From positions 1-64,000 of IMG/VR virus record IMGVR_UViG_3300023184_000030: a stretch of 64,000 nt of DNA; one strand, written 5' to 3'. Position 1 is the stretch's first letter; each line of letters opens with the position of its first letter. This stretch comes from a virus. Below the pieces are notes generated by a model. The model did no database searches and had not been told where the DNA came from. It was given only the letters and a program-made list of their open reading frames with translations. Positions 56,380 through 64,000 of this stretch are shown here, piece after piece. The translations under genes and the position numbers were made by a program.

Positions 56380-57312
56380 TTAACCAATTCTGTTTATTTC
56401 TGTTGGTATTTCTAGTCCAGCTCTTTCAAGATATTCCAAAAATCTTTGTTTTATTTCAGGTAATCTTTCATGAAGATCAAATTTTGGATCTTCTATTATC
56501 TTTAATAAAGCCTCAAACGTTTTAACATCCTCTGGTTTATATCCTGTACCTAAAGCAAAGTCTATAAATTCTTGAGGATTTCTTGTGACAAATCTTTCAC
56601 TTCCCTCTAATTTCTTAGAGTGTTTTAATCTAGGAATTCTAGTTCCTTTATATGATTTAGTGTGCCAGTATAAGCCATCACTAAGAATCAATACAGGAGC
56701 ATTGTAATCCATGATTTCCCCAGCTTCATCTGTATCTATTACTTCTTTTCTAGCGGATAGTATGGCTGATAAAAGCCAGTTTCTGTGTGCTGATTTGTAT
56801 TTGCTCTCATCCACTTTATAATCGGGGGAGTAATAAATAAAATCTGCCCATTCCATGCTAGATAAAGGAATAAGATCCAATTGGACTATACCTTTTTGTA
56901 GATCACCTTCTATTGGCCATCCAAGGCTAACAACATTTAATCCCTTAAGATAATTTATTTCCGGTTCAAATCCAAGCGCTTCTGCAAGTTGAGTTCTTAA
57001 TATAGTATCAACAGTTGCAGAGCATTCTTTAGTTCCTACCCCATGTTCTTGTGAAAATGAAGTTGCATCGTAGCCAAGATCAAGATCTCCTGATGTGTCA
57101 TCAGGATTCTTTTTCTTACCTATGCTTCCAATTATAATATACTCTTCTCCGTATTTGTCAACATCTATACCTAGAAGCGGGAAAAGAATTTCTTTGATGC
57201 TATCAAGTGTTTTAGGGAATTCATCCTCACGAATTCTCCTTGAGGTTTTTATGGCAGCGCCACCCTCAAATATCTTAGAAAATCCTGAAAAGTTTAAAAT
57301 CCTATTACTCAT
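56380..57312 (-). CDS. Pol-beta-superfamily nucleotidyltransferase with capsid-targeting-like N-terminus
   Basis: IIGSIGKK...SGDLDL, VQLDL; start MSNRILNFSGF...FEGG. Confidence 0.7.
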   Translation of the reverse strand: MSNRILNFSGFSKIFEGGAAIKTSRRIREDEFPKTLDSIKEILFPLLGIDVDKYGEEYIIIGSIGKKKNPDDTSGDLDLGYDATSFSQEHGVGTKECSATVDTILRTQLAEALGFEPEINYLKGLNVVSLGWPIEGDLQKGIVQLDLIPLSSMEWADFIYYSPDYKVDESKYKSAHRNWLLSAILSARKEVIDTDEAGEIMDYNAPVLILSDGLYWHTKSYKGTRIPRLKHSKKLEGSERFVTRNPQEFIDFALGTGYKPEDVKTFEALLKIIEDPKFDLHERLPEIKQRFLEYLERAGLEIPTEINRIG

Positions 57313-57851
57313 TATTTCTTTTTCATTTTATCGTAATATCTTCCCATAGCACCGGTTAAATAGCTGCTATATTGTTTCTCGTCGTCTGTTTTAGGATTAA
57401 GCGGATCATAGTTTTTACCGAATGATTTTTTACCTTTAAGAGCACCTGATTTATAAAAGTCTTCCGCATCTTTTTGGGTAACGTTCTTATCCCCTATTTT
57501 TTCCTTCTCCCAATCATCCAAGACCTCTTTCTTTTTAGAATTAAGATCAGCTTTAGACATTTTAGAATAACTATCTTTAGAATCCCCTTTGAAGAAAAAA
57601 TCAGAAATAGCAGCACCTGAGCTAGCTATTAATCTTCCAAACAGCGGAACAATCGAATTTATTCTATTTATTGTTGACCTTCCACCATCATCTGGACCTG
57701 GAGTAGTATCTCCTCTAAGCTTGTCATACTCATATTCCATATTTGCATCCACTTTTCTAAGCCATCTGCTTAGTTTAGTGTTGCCCTTATAAAAATCGGT
57801 TTCACCTTCTGTTAGTGATTCGGTAAAGGCATCAAATTTTTTTATCCTCAT
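57312..57851 (-). CDS. Hypothetical protein with capsid-targeting-like N-terminus
   Basis: MRIKKFDAFTE; GATATATA at 57868-57875. Confidence 0.65.
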   Translation of the reverse strand: MRIKKFDAFTESLTEGETDFYKGNTKLSRWLRKVDANMEYEYDKLRGDTTPGPDDGGRSTINRINSIVPLFGRLIASSGAAISDFFFKGDSKDSYSKMSKADLNSKKKEVLDDWEKEKIGDKNVTQKDAEDFYKSGALKGKKSFGKNYDPLNPKTDDEKQYSSYLTGAMGRYYDKMKKK

Positions 57852-57882
57852 TTCTGGAGTTTTTCTTTATATATCCCTAAAT

Positions 57883-59421
57883 TTAAAGTTTTACCTTGTA
57901 TATCTTATATTCAAAGGATTCGTTCTTATAAATCTGGATTCTTGCTTCTGAGTGTTTAAGGAGATAGTTTTGGTACTTAGGTGAAGAAAAGTCGTCAACA
58001 AAGTCTATTATATTAACCTTTTCCTTACCCTCCATCTGTCTCATTCCCCTTCCTAAACTTTGCTTAATCAGGACCTCACTCTTATATGACTCGACCAAGA
58101 AGATGTTATGTAAGTTGTTTATTGAGATTCCAGTTGAGAATGTGCCATAGGTTGCAATAAGTATTTTATTATTTCCTGACGCCATTCTTGACTTATATTC
58201 CTCCCTTAAACCTTCGCTTGTGTCACCATCTACATAGAAGACCTCTTTTTCGCTATTTTTCTCCCTAAGTAGATTCCATATCTGCTTACCGTATTCATCC
58301 TTAACTGACTGGAAAAGAACTAGTGAATTTTTCGATGTTTTGCTTATGAAATCCACCACATAGTTAAGTCTCTTCTTACTTTCAACAACAAGCTTTCTCT
58401 CAAGATTATAAACTTCGTTTCCTTCTAAATTGTTATTATTAAGTTTTAGATCCGCGAGTTTGTCCTTATATTCTTTTTCTAACCAATCCATTATAACAAC
58501 CTTGATAGAAACCGGAGTTGCATAATTATTATCAAAAAGAAAACTAGGGGGTATTTCGACTATGAGAGGACCGAGAAATTGCTGTATGGTCAAATAATCA
58601 GCTGTGCCTCTTTTAGTTAGTGTTCCGGTTAATCCAAATCTCCATCTAGAGTGCATACAGTTTGCAACAATTTTTTTAATGGACATACTGTTTGTATGAT
58701 GTGCTTCATCGACAAAAACCAAATCAGCTTCTTCGAAGAATTCTGGATCCTGTTTAACCAAAGATTGGAATGTGCCTATAATAACATCACACCCTTCTCT
58801 TAATTTAGATCCTCCACCTATTTGTTGTATCTTAGATCCTAGCTTATGTAATCCATAATCTTCGAAATCTTCGCTACCTTGAAAAACTAGGTTTGTACTA
58901 GGAACGATCATAAGGAACTTTCTAATAAGACCTTTCTGTCTAAGATATGCAAATATCATAAACGAAATTAGGGTCTTGCCTGAAGATGTGGCAACCTCCG
59001 AAATTGAGTATCTATATTTGATTAGCTTCCATGCTGTTTCAATCTGATAATCTCTTGGCATCTTATTAGGATCACCCCCAATCCCTCCTTCAAAAAATTC
59101 ATTAACCCATTCGGTATATTCCTCCAAGGTCAAGTCTTTACTAACTATTTTATCGAGACCCTTTATCTCAATCTCTATTCTATAATCTTCCCCAATTTGT
59201 AAAACTTCCCTCCATAAACCTATAGGAACTTTCCATGCCCCGCCCTTCTTTTCGATGAAGCATATGTTTCCGTCCCAGATTTTTTTCTTAACTAAAGGGT
59301 GGAAGTAGAAGTTGTGTATCTTCTTGGTTAATGATATGTCTATTTGCTTCTTCTCGACCTCGTCAAGTGCTTCAGTTAGCACTATCCATTGATGGTCGTC
59401 AGAAACTTGGAATTTAATCAT
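57883..59421 (-). CDS. uvsW: SF2 DNA helicase UvsW
   Basis: PRDYQ, ATSSGKT, DEAH, GLTGT, STGISI, QSLGRGMR. Confidence 0.9.
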   Translation of the reverse strand: MIKFQVSDDHQWIVLTEALDEVEKKQIDISLTKKIHNFYFHPLVKKKIWDGNICFIEKKGGAWKVPIGLWREVLQIGEDYRIEIEIKGLDKIVSKDLTLEEYTEWVNEFFEGGIGGDPNKMPRDYQIETAWKLIKYRYSISEVATSSGKTLISFMIFAYLRQKGLIRKFLMIVPSTNLVFQGSEDFEDYGLHKLGSKIQQIGGGSKLREGCDVIIGTFQSLVKQDPEFFEEADLVFVDEAHHTNSMSIKKIVANCMHSRWRFGLTGTLTKRGTADYLTIQQFLGPLIVEIPPSFLFDNNYATPVSIKVVIMDWLEKEYKDKLADLKLNNNNLEGNEVYNLERKLVVESKKRLNYVVDFISKTSKNSLVLFQSVKDEYGKQIWNLLREKNSEKEVFYVDGDTSEGLREEYKSRMASGNNKILIATYGTFSTGISINNLHNIFLVESYKSEVLIKQSLGRGMRQMEGKEKVNIIDFVDDFSSPKYQNYLLKHSEARIQIYKNESFEYKIYKVKL

Positions 59422-59433
59422 TATCTATATATC

Positions 59434-59886
59434 TTATTTTACTGTAGACCCTCTTAAATAGTCCTCTAACGATATGCGTGATTTCACCCCGTACAGCATG
59501 TGATCAACAGTTTGTATAGTTTGATCTATAAATTTTCGGTGGCTTTCTACAAGCTCTACTTTTTCTGCGATTTCAGTTAAGTCACCCTCAATTAATACGG
59601 TTTTTTCATTAGCACCATATCTAACATCGCTTCTTTCGGAATAATCTTTTAATTTCTTTGCTCTCTCTACTCTTCCCTTTGAATTCAATTTAGATACAAT
59701 AGCTGCTAGCTTATAACTATACTCAAGTAAAACCTGGCGTTGGCTAAAAAGATCAACCTGTGCTTTAGCTAGGGTTTTTATATCCTTCATCAGGATGGCT
59801 ATAACTTGTATTTTTTCCCTCCATTCAGCTCTCTCGTTTTCGAAGATCTTGCTAAAATCAGTCTTTTCAGTTTTTTCTGTTGACAT
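59434..59886 (-). CDS. Probable recombination mediator UvsY-like
   Basis: Helical 150 aa next to uvsW; Y....Y...EK..LIEGD pattern. Confidence 0.55.
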   Translation of the reverse strand: MSTEKTEKTDFSKIFENERAEWREKIQVIAILMKDIKTLAKAQVDLFSQRQVLLEYSYKLAAIVSKLNSKGRVERAKKLKDYSERSDVRYGANEKTVLIEGDLTEIAEKVELVESHRKFIDQTIQTVDHMLYGVKSRISLEDYLRGSTVK

Positions 59887-60219
59887 CTAAAATAGTTTAT
59901 TTTTATCTTTATTTTTACTGCTAGATAGATTTACAACCTTAACAGTATTCTCACTTTTTTCTTTCTTCTTTTCTTTAGGCTCATCGACTACAGGTTCCGC
60001 AAATTCCATGCTGACCTGATCTATTATATTGTCTTTTAGCTTAAGTGGAAATTTTATGCGGGGAGAACTTCTCTCATCGCACTGTTTTTCCCATTCGCCA
60101 GTTTTGTCTGTGCCTGAGCTAGGATCACTTATCAATAAAATATCTAAGGTCAAGTGCTTCGTTGGTAAAGTAGTTATCAAATCTCTTAATTTTTTTCCCG
60201 GTAGTTCTAAGATGAACAA
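59887..60219 (-). CDS. Hypothetical protein (true start probably downstream; overlaps primase)
   Basis: 3' half fills the intergenic gap. Confidence 0.4.
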   Translation of the reverse strand: MFILELPGKKLRDLITTLPTKHLTLDILLISDPSSGTDKTGEWEKQCDERSSPRIKFPLKLKDNIIDQVSMEFAEPVVDEPKEKKKEKSENTVKVVNLSSSKNKDKNKLF

Positions 60220-61189
60220 CTAGATCATTAAGATCCCATTTTCTATTCTTTGTTATATTATTCTCTTCTAGGAATTTCCCCCAGTTGAAAACTGTAAATC
60301 CTTTAGCTAAAAGATCTACGCTCTTTTCTATTCCTGCTTTATCCCAATCATACCAATATCTTAGATCCTCAAATTCAAACGGAAATTTATTCTCTATCGA
60401 GCAAAGTCCTGCAGAATTTGTCCACATCCAAGAATCCATTGGTCCTTCAAATATTGTAATAGGCTGACCGAAGTCCAAGAATCCTATACCAAAAACGTGA
60501 GATATCGGATCGATAGTTCTTGCTTTTTCTATAAGTTCTACATCTTTCCAATTTAAGAGTTTTTCGTAAATACCACTTAATTTGTAAGTGAGATATTTAG
60601 ATGAGCCTTTTATTGAATTCATGTTTCTAACCTGTAGCCCCATTATCTTATCATCGGGAGTAAGATTAAAAAGAAATAACCTTTCTTTCTTTCCATCCCA
60701 GGCAAATCTTGAATCTATTCTTTGATTTCTTTTCTGGATGTATCTTTGTATTTTAGATCCCCAAACTTCCTGGAGACCCAAAGCATTCATAAAGTCTATT
60801 CTCTTTATTAAAATATCAGAGATGTCATTATCGAAAAAATAGCTGATATCAACCTTACCGTATACAGTTCTTCTTTTGGTTCTGTTTTCTTCGATAATAG
60901 CTTTTATCTGATCCTTCTCACTTCCAGTTAGTTTATTAAACAAACCAAAATCCTTCATGAGTGTTATAGAATCTTTGAATATTCCACAACCTCCATTATA
61001 GCATTTATATGCCATAGTATCCAAATAGAAATTCCCACGTTTCTTTTTACCGTCGTTGGAATCACCACAGTACGGACAGGAGAAATTCAATCTGTTACCC
61101 GCCTTATAAACAATTTGTTTTGCCGGATTACCCTGAAATTCTCTGCTGAGTATTACCCCAATTAGATCTTCTATTCTTTCTGGTTGCAT
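60125..61189 (-). CDS. DNA primase (gp61-like)
   Basis: CPYCGDS...YKCYNGGC zinc finger, FEGPMDS, YDWDKAG TOPRIM, DLND. Confidence 0.88.
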   Translation of the reverse strand: MQPERIEDLIGVILSREFQGNPAKQIVYKAGNRLNFSCPYCGDSNDGKKKRGNFYLDTMAYKCYNGGCGIFKDSITLMKDFGLFNKLTGSEKDQIKAIIEENRTKRRTVYGKVDISYFFDNDISDILIKRIDFMNALGLQEVWGSKIQRYIQKRNQRIDSRFAWDGKKERLFLFNLTPDDKIMGLQVRNMNSIKGSSKYLTYKLSGIYEKLLNWKDVELIEKARTIDPISHVFGIGFLDFGQPITIFEGPMDSWMWTNSAGLCSIENKFPFEFEDLRYWYDWDKAGIEKSVDLLAKGFTVFNWGKFLEENNITKNRKWDLNDLVVHLRTTGKKIKRFDNYFTNEALDLRYFIDK

Positions 61190-61194
61190 AGGAT

Positions 61195-61223
61195 AAAAAG
61201 GGGACAGCAATAAAGCCGTCCCC
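61195..61223 (-). terminator. Intrinsic terminator after SSB gene
   Basis: GGGGAC..GC/GC..GTCCCC stem + T-run. Confidence 0.6.
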
Positions 61224-61237
61224 GGTTAGGTTATCTA

Positions 61238-62215
61238 TTAAAGATCGTTATAAAGATCTTCTAATGAAGATGAAGTTGAACTAGTGTTGGGTCTAGATGG
61301 AGCTTCAGTTTGAGGTGGTTCTTCTCTTTTAGTTGATCCAACTTTAGTCTGAGCAGCTTCAGCGTAGATATCATTTGATGAATTAGAAGGTGCACTAGAC
61401 GACGCACTTTTGGTAGGTGCTGTAGTAACACCGCCTATGATCTCATTAATGATACGAGCTTCAGGTACCGTGTTCTTAATAACACCCATAATTTTTTCGG
61501 TCATATCATCATCCCAATCTTTGTAGTCAAAGCTTGTTAGATTTTTTGGGCCTTCATTTAGGTATTCCAAGATAGTGTTCATGTCATCCTGATTTTTCTT
61601 CATTGGTTTGCCATTCACTTGGATTGGGCATTTATCACCAACGAAAGAACATAAATCGTAGTTGTTCCATTCTCCTACCTTTCTAACTTGAACTGCAAAT
61701 AATTTACCTTCAAATAAATCGAAAGGATTTGATGGCTCGCCATACTCAGGCTGAAGCTGTGCTTCAACAAGTTCATTTAATTTTTTACCGAATTTGAAGA
61801 TCATAATTTTACCCTCTAATTCTGGTTTGTTCTTGTCCTGAACGATTTGGATTAAAGAATAGTAATCCTCTTTTCTAGCAAATTTCTTAGCAAGCTCTTG
61901 ATCTGCTGCAGAATGAGAATTTTTTAATTTCCAGAAAAGATCTTTAAGGATTGATCTTTTTCCCACTGTTGAAGGGCAATCAGCTGAGAAAGCATTTCCA
62001 CTGATAGGATCGTTTAAGTAAACGTAGTACTTGTGAATTTTGGATTTTGCTGGATTAACAGGATTCGGAACGAATCTAATTAAAGCTTTGTAAACCCCGT
62101 CTTTACCATCCTCTGGATAAGGTTTGTAAAATTCAAGGTCTTTTCCACCGCCTTGTTTAGCGGTTGGTGTTACGAACGCCTCTGCGTCGAGATTGAAGAT
62201 GTCTAAATTGCTCAT
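61238..62215 (-). CDS. Single-stranded DNA-binding protein (gp32-like)
   Basis: ALIRFVP, CPST.G, PELEGKI.IFKFGKK, NPFD..EG, NYD; acidic C-terminal tail. Confidence 0.88.
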   Translation of the reverse strand: MSNLDIFNLDAEAFVTPTAKQGGGKDLEFYKPYPEDGKDGVYKALIRFVPNPVNPAKSKIHKYYVYLNDPISGNAFSADCPSTVGKRSILKDLFWKLKNSHSAADQELAKKFARKEDYYSLIQIVQDKNKPELEGKIMIFKFGKKLNELVEAQLQPEYGEPSNPFDLFEGKLFAVQVRKVGEWNNYDLCSFVGDKCPIQVNGKPMKKNQDDMNTILEYLNEGPKNLTSFDYKDWDDDMTEKIMGVIKNTVPEARIINEIIGGVTTAPTKSASSSAPSNSSNDIYAEAAQTKVGSTKREEPPQTEAPSRPNTSSTSSSLEDLYNDL

Positions 62216-62327
62216 GTTTTTTTAAAATTTAATTTTTGTTTTACTTTTTGTTTTTGTTTTACTTTTTGTTTTCTGTTTGTTTCTCTTAATTTCCTATTTT
62301 TCCATTAAAATTTTCTTTTTTTTCTAC
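62216..62327 (-). promoter_or_regulatory. Unstructured A-rich leader of SSB gene (candidate autogenous operator)
   Basis: About 110 nt, strongly A-rich, with repeated AAAAAGTAAAACAAAAA units. Confidence 0.5.
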
Positions 62328-62568
62328 TTATATCTTTGTGATGTTGTATTCTTTTGTAATTAGCCTACATGTACGAGGACTGTTTTGTGCTGAATGTGTT
62401 TTTATTAGAGCACTAGTTATGTCTCCGTAGCGAGCTTGTAAATGACCGTTACGATTGACGTGGGATGCTGTTATCTTTGGGATAATGCTAAATGTATTTA
62501 AAGATAGGGAAGATGCCTCTCCTGCAGAGCATAAATGCTCTGACCTTTTAGAAAAATAGTTTAGATTA

Positions 62569-63276
62569 CTAGAGGCTTGCTGTGTGTTCTGTTTCAAAAT
62601 TTCCTTTAATTCCATAAATTTCCTTTAATTCTTTCTTTAAATACAATGTTATCCAAGTTGCGTCCACAATATCATCAATCGGTTTGTTAACTACCTTAGC
62701 TGGTGTTATCCACTCAGTTTTGTTAGTTTCTAATATATTAGCAAAGATTGCTAAATTTGTTTCATCCTCTTTGTAAATACATAGAGAATTATAAAGTTCG
62801 TCCTTTTTAGCATTACCCTTTAAGGCAAACTTTTTAATTGAGGTAGGGGAGAAAACGTGGAACTTGTCTGCTCCAACCCTATCTATTATTTTTTTCCTTA
62901 GTAATGCGGTAGCCATAGAGATATCTATAAGTGCATTACCGTTAGAGGAGAAGCTTAATCCCTCCATTGCAACATGGAAATCAGAATCACCCATAACTTC
63001 CTCTATGCTATTCCAAAACGAATCAACAATTTCCAAGAAGTAAACTATTTTGATTCTTTCCCTGCCTGTGTAATCATCCGGCAATTCCTTCTTATCGAGG
63101 AAGATAAATTTAAAATCCTTCTCCATTTCTAAAACGGCAAAGGGTTTCTTTAAACTCTTTCTTAGCGATTCTGGGCTTCTATCTGATCTGGTTAAAGATC
63201 CCCAAATATACTTACCGTCCTTATAGCAGCAAAATGCAGGAGAGTTTATAGAAAAATCTATTCCTACTATATTCAT
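62569..63276 (-). CDS. RuvC-like Holliday junction resolvase / RNase H-fold nuclease
   Basis: IVGIDFSINSPA, AMEGLSF, PTSIKKFA..GNAKK, DDIVDA. Confidence 0.8.
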   Translation of the reverse strand: MNIVGIDFSINSPAFCCYKDGKYIWGSLTRSDRSPESLRKSLKKPFAVLEMEKDFKFIFLDKKELPDDYTGRERIKIVYFLEIVDSFWNSIEEVMGDSDFHVAMEGLSFSSNGNALIDISMATALLRKKIIDRVGADKFHVFSPTSIKKFALKGNAKKDELYNSLCIYKEDETNLAIFANILETNKTEWITPAKVVNKPIDDIVDATWITLYLKKELKEIYGIKGNFETEHTASL

Positions 63277-63291
63277 ATAAAAATTTAGGGA

Positions 63292-63525
63292 TTAAGAAGG
63301 GTGAACAATTTGACCAACCGCTCCTGTATATCCATAAACTTTAGAAAGCTTCTCGAAACAAGATTTCATTTGTGCATCCGTTAAACAGTTTACCAAGTCG
63401 TTTAATACTCTTTGGTCGTTACCTGCAGCAGATACCAAAAGGTTTTTCATTTGGTCCTTTTCACCACCCAGTGGCTGACCATACTTCATTTCGTTTAATT
63501 CTTTTACGTCTGAAAACTTTTTCAT
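63292..63525 (-). CDS. Small protein with capsid-targeting-like N-terminus
   Basis: MKKFSDVKELNE; GATATATA at 63545-63552. Confidence 0.6.
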   Translation of the reverse strand: MKKFSDVKELNEMKYGQPLGGEKDQMKNLLVSAAGNDQRVLNDLVNCLTDAQMKSCFEKLSKVYGYTGAVGQIVHPS

Positions 63526-63552
63526 CTTTATTGTTTAATTTAATTATATATC

Positions 63553-64000
63553 TTACCTAGCTTCAAGAACTATATCTAGATAGTTACATTTAAAACCTAG
63601 GTTAAATGATGTGTATGCAGGGTTATTGTTGGTGTAGTTTAATTCTAGTTCAGAAAAGGAAGTAAATAAAACCTCTTGGAATGTTACCGACATAACTATA
63701 TTACCCTCATTGTCCATTATTCTTAGTGGAAGTGCCTGGATAAAGACCTGATCATTAGCAAAATTAAGAAAATCTAAAACAGTGTCAAGCATTATAAAAT
63801 AGTTTATAAATCCATCAGCCATTTTAAAGTTCATACTAAAATCCTTAGAGAAAAGATCCTGTATAGGGGTAGAACTCTTATAAGCTACCTTTTTACCCAA
63901 GTTTCTAACCTGCTCTACTGAATCTATTGACAATCCTGGGAATCCCACTGATTGTATTGTACTATTTACATATTGAGCAACATCATCAAATGGAATAGGT
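63553..64000 (-). CDS. Tail-tube-fold protein (gp3/gp19-like), 5' end outside window
   Basis: Frame open to the window edge (PIPFDDVAQYVNSTIQSVGFPGLS...); Q...PG.S and ELELNY...F...F pattern. Confidence 0.55.
   Translation of the reverse strand, partial: PIPFDDVAQYVNSTIQSVGFPGLSIDSVEQVRNLGKKVAYKSSTPIQDLFSKDFSMNFKMADGFINYFIMLDTVLDFLNFANDQVFIQALPLRIMDNEGNIVMSVTFQEVLFTSFSELELNYTNNNPAYTSFNLGFKCNYLDIVLEAR

Noticed and set aside
62328-62615. 95-aa ORF as a real gene
   Set aside because: Overlaps the resolvase end, atypical composition, no motif; doubtful though not excluded
99-63560. Most plus-strand ORFs and nested minus-strand ORFs in the track (e.g. 8296-8655, 35170-35580, 48070-48426, 55438-55896, 45310-45744)
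   Set aside because: Antisense or out-of-frame shadows of well-supported genes
1-64000. Bacterial chromosome origin (dnaK, dnaJ, nrdAB, adk, rnhB, ssrA)
   Set aside because: These genes are interleaved with T4-type gp32, gp61, UvsW, split gp43, a tail-tube-like gene and many short ORFans on one strand, which indicates a phage
1-64000. Stop-codon reassignment as in some large Bacteroidota phages
   Set aside because: Conserved genes are full length in code 11, and TAG and TGA both end genes at sensible boundaries
1-64000. CRISPR array, rRNA, integrase or transposase
   Set aside because: No regularly spaced repeats or matching motifs seen by eye

Overview
A 64-kb, AT-rich, gene-dense segment of a large T4-like (jumbo/huge) dsDNA phage genome, almost entirely on the minus strand and read with the standard genetic code. 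The host is very probably a Bacteroidota bacterium: TAnnTTTG promoters, A-rich start regions without Shine-Dalgarno sites, and Hc1- and DUF4494-like genes. T4-like replication core: a B-family DNA polymerase split into two genes 15 kb apart, sliding clamp, two topoisomerase II subunits, UvsW, UvsY, primase, gp32 SSB and a RuvC-like resolvase. Nucleotide metabolism: ThyA, NrdAB, Adk, a dimeric dUTPase/dCTPase and a second TS homologue with a dCMP-type Asp. Also present are DNA repair genes (UvsE, Fpg/Nei, MBD4-like, RNase HII), DnaK/DnaJ, ferritin, a RimK-protease fusion, five glycosyltransferase-like genes and a GH16. Features the ORF track misses: (1) a phage tmRNA with a 25-aa tag; (2) a single gene whose predicted mRNA is closed by 23-nt terminal inverted repeats and carries a three-way-junction leader; (3) three distinct recurring promoter motifs; (4) a T4-internal-protein-like capsid-targeting N-terminal motif on about 14 proteins, including Adk, ferritin, RimK and a nucleotidyltransferase; (5) an Hc1 histone-like gene near a SET methyltransferase. 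All assignments come from reading motifs by eye; no searches were run.
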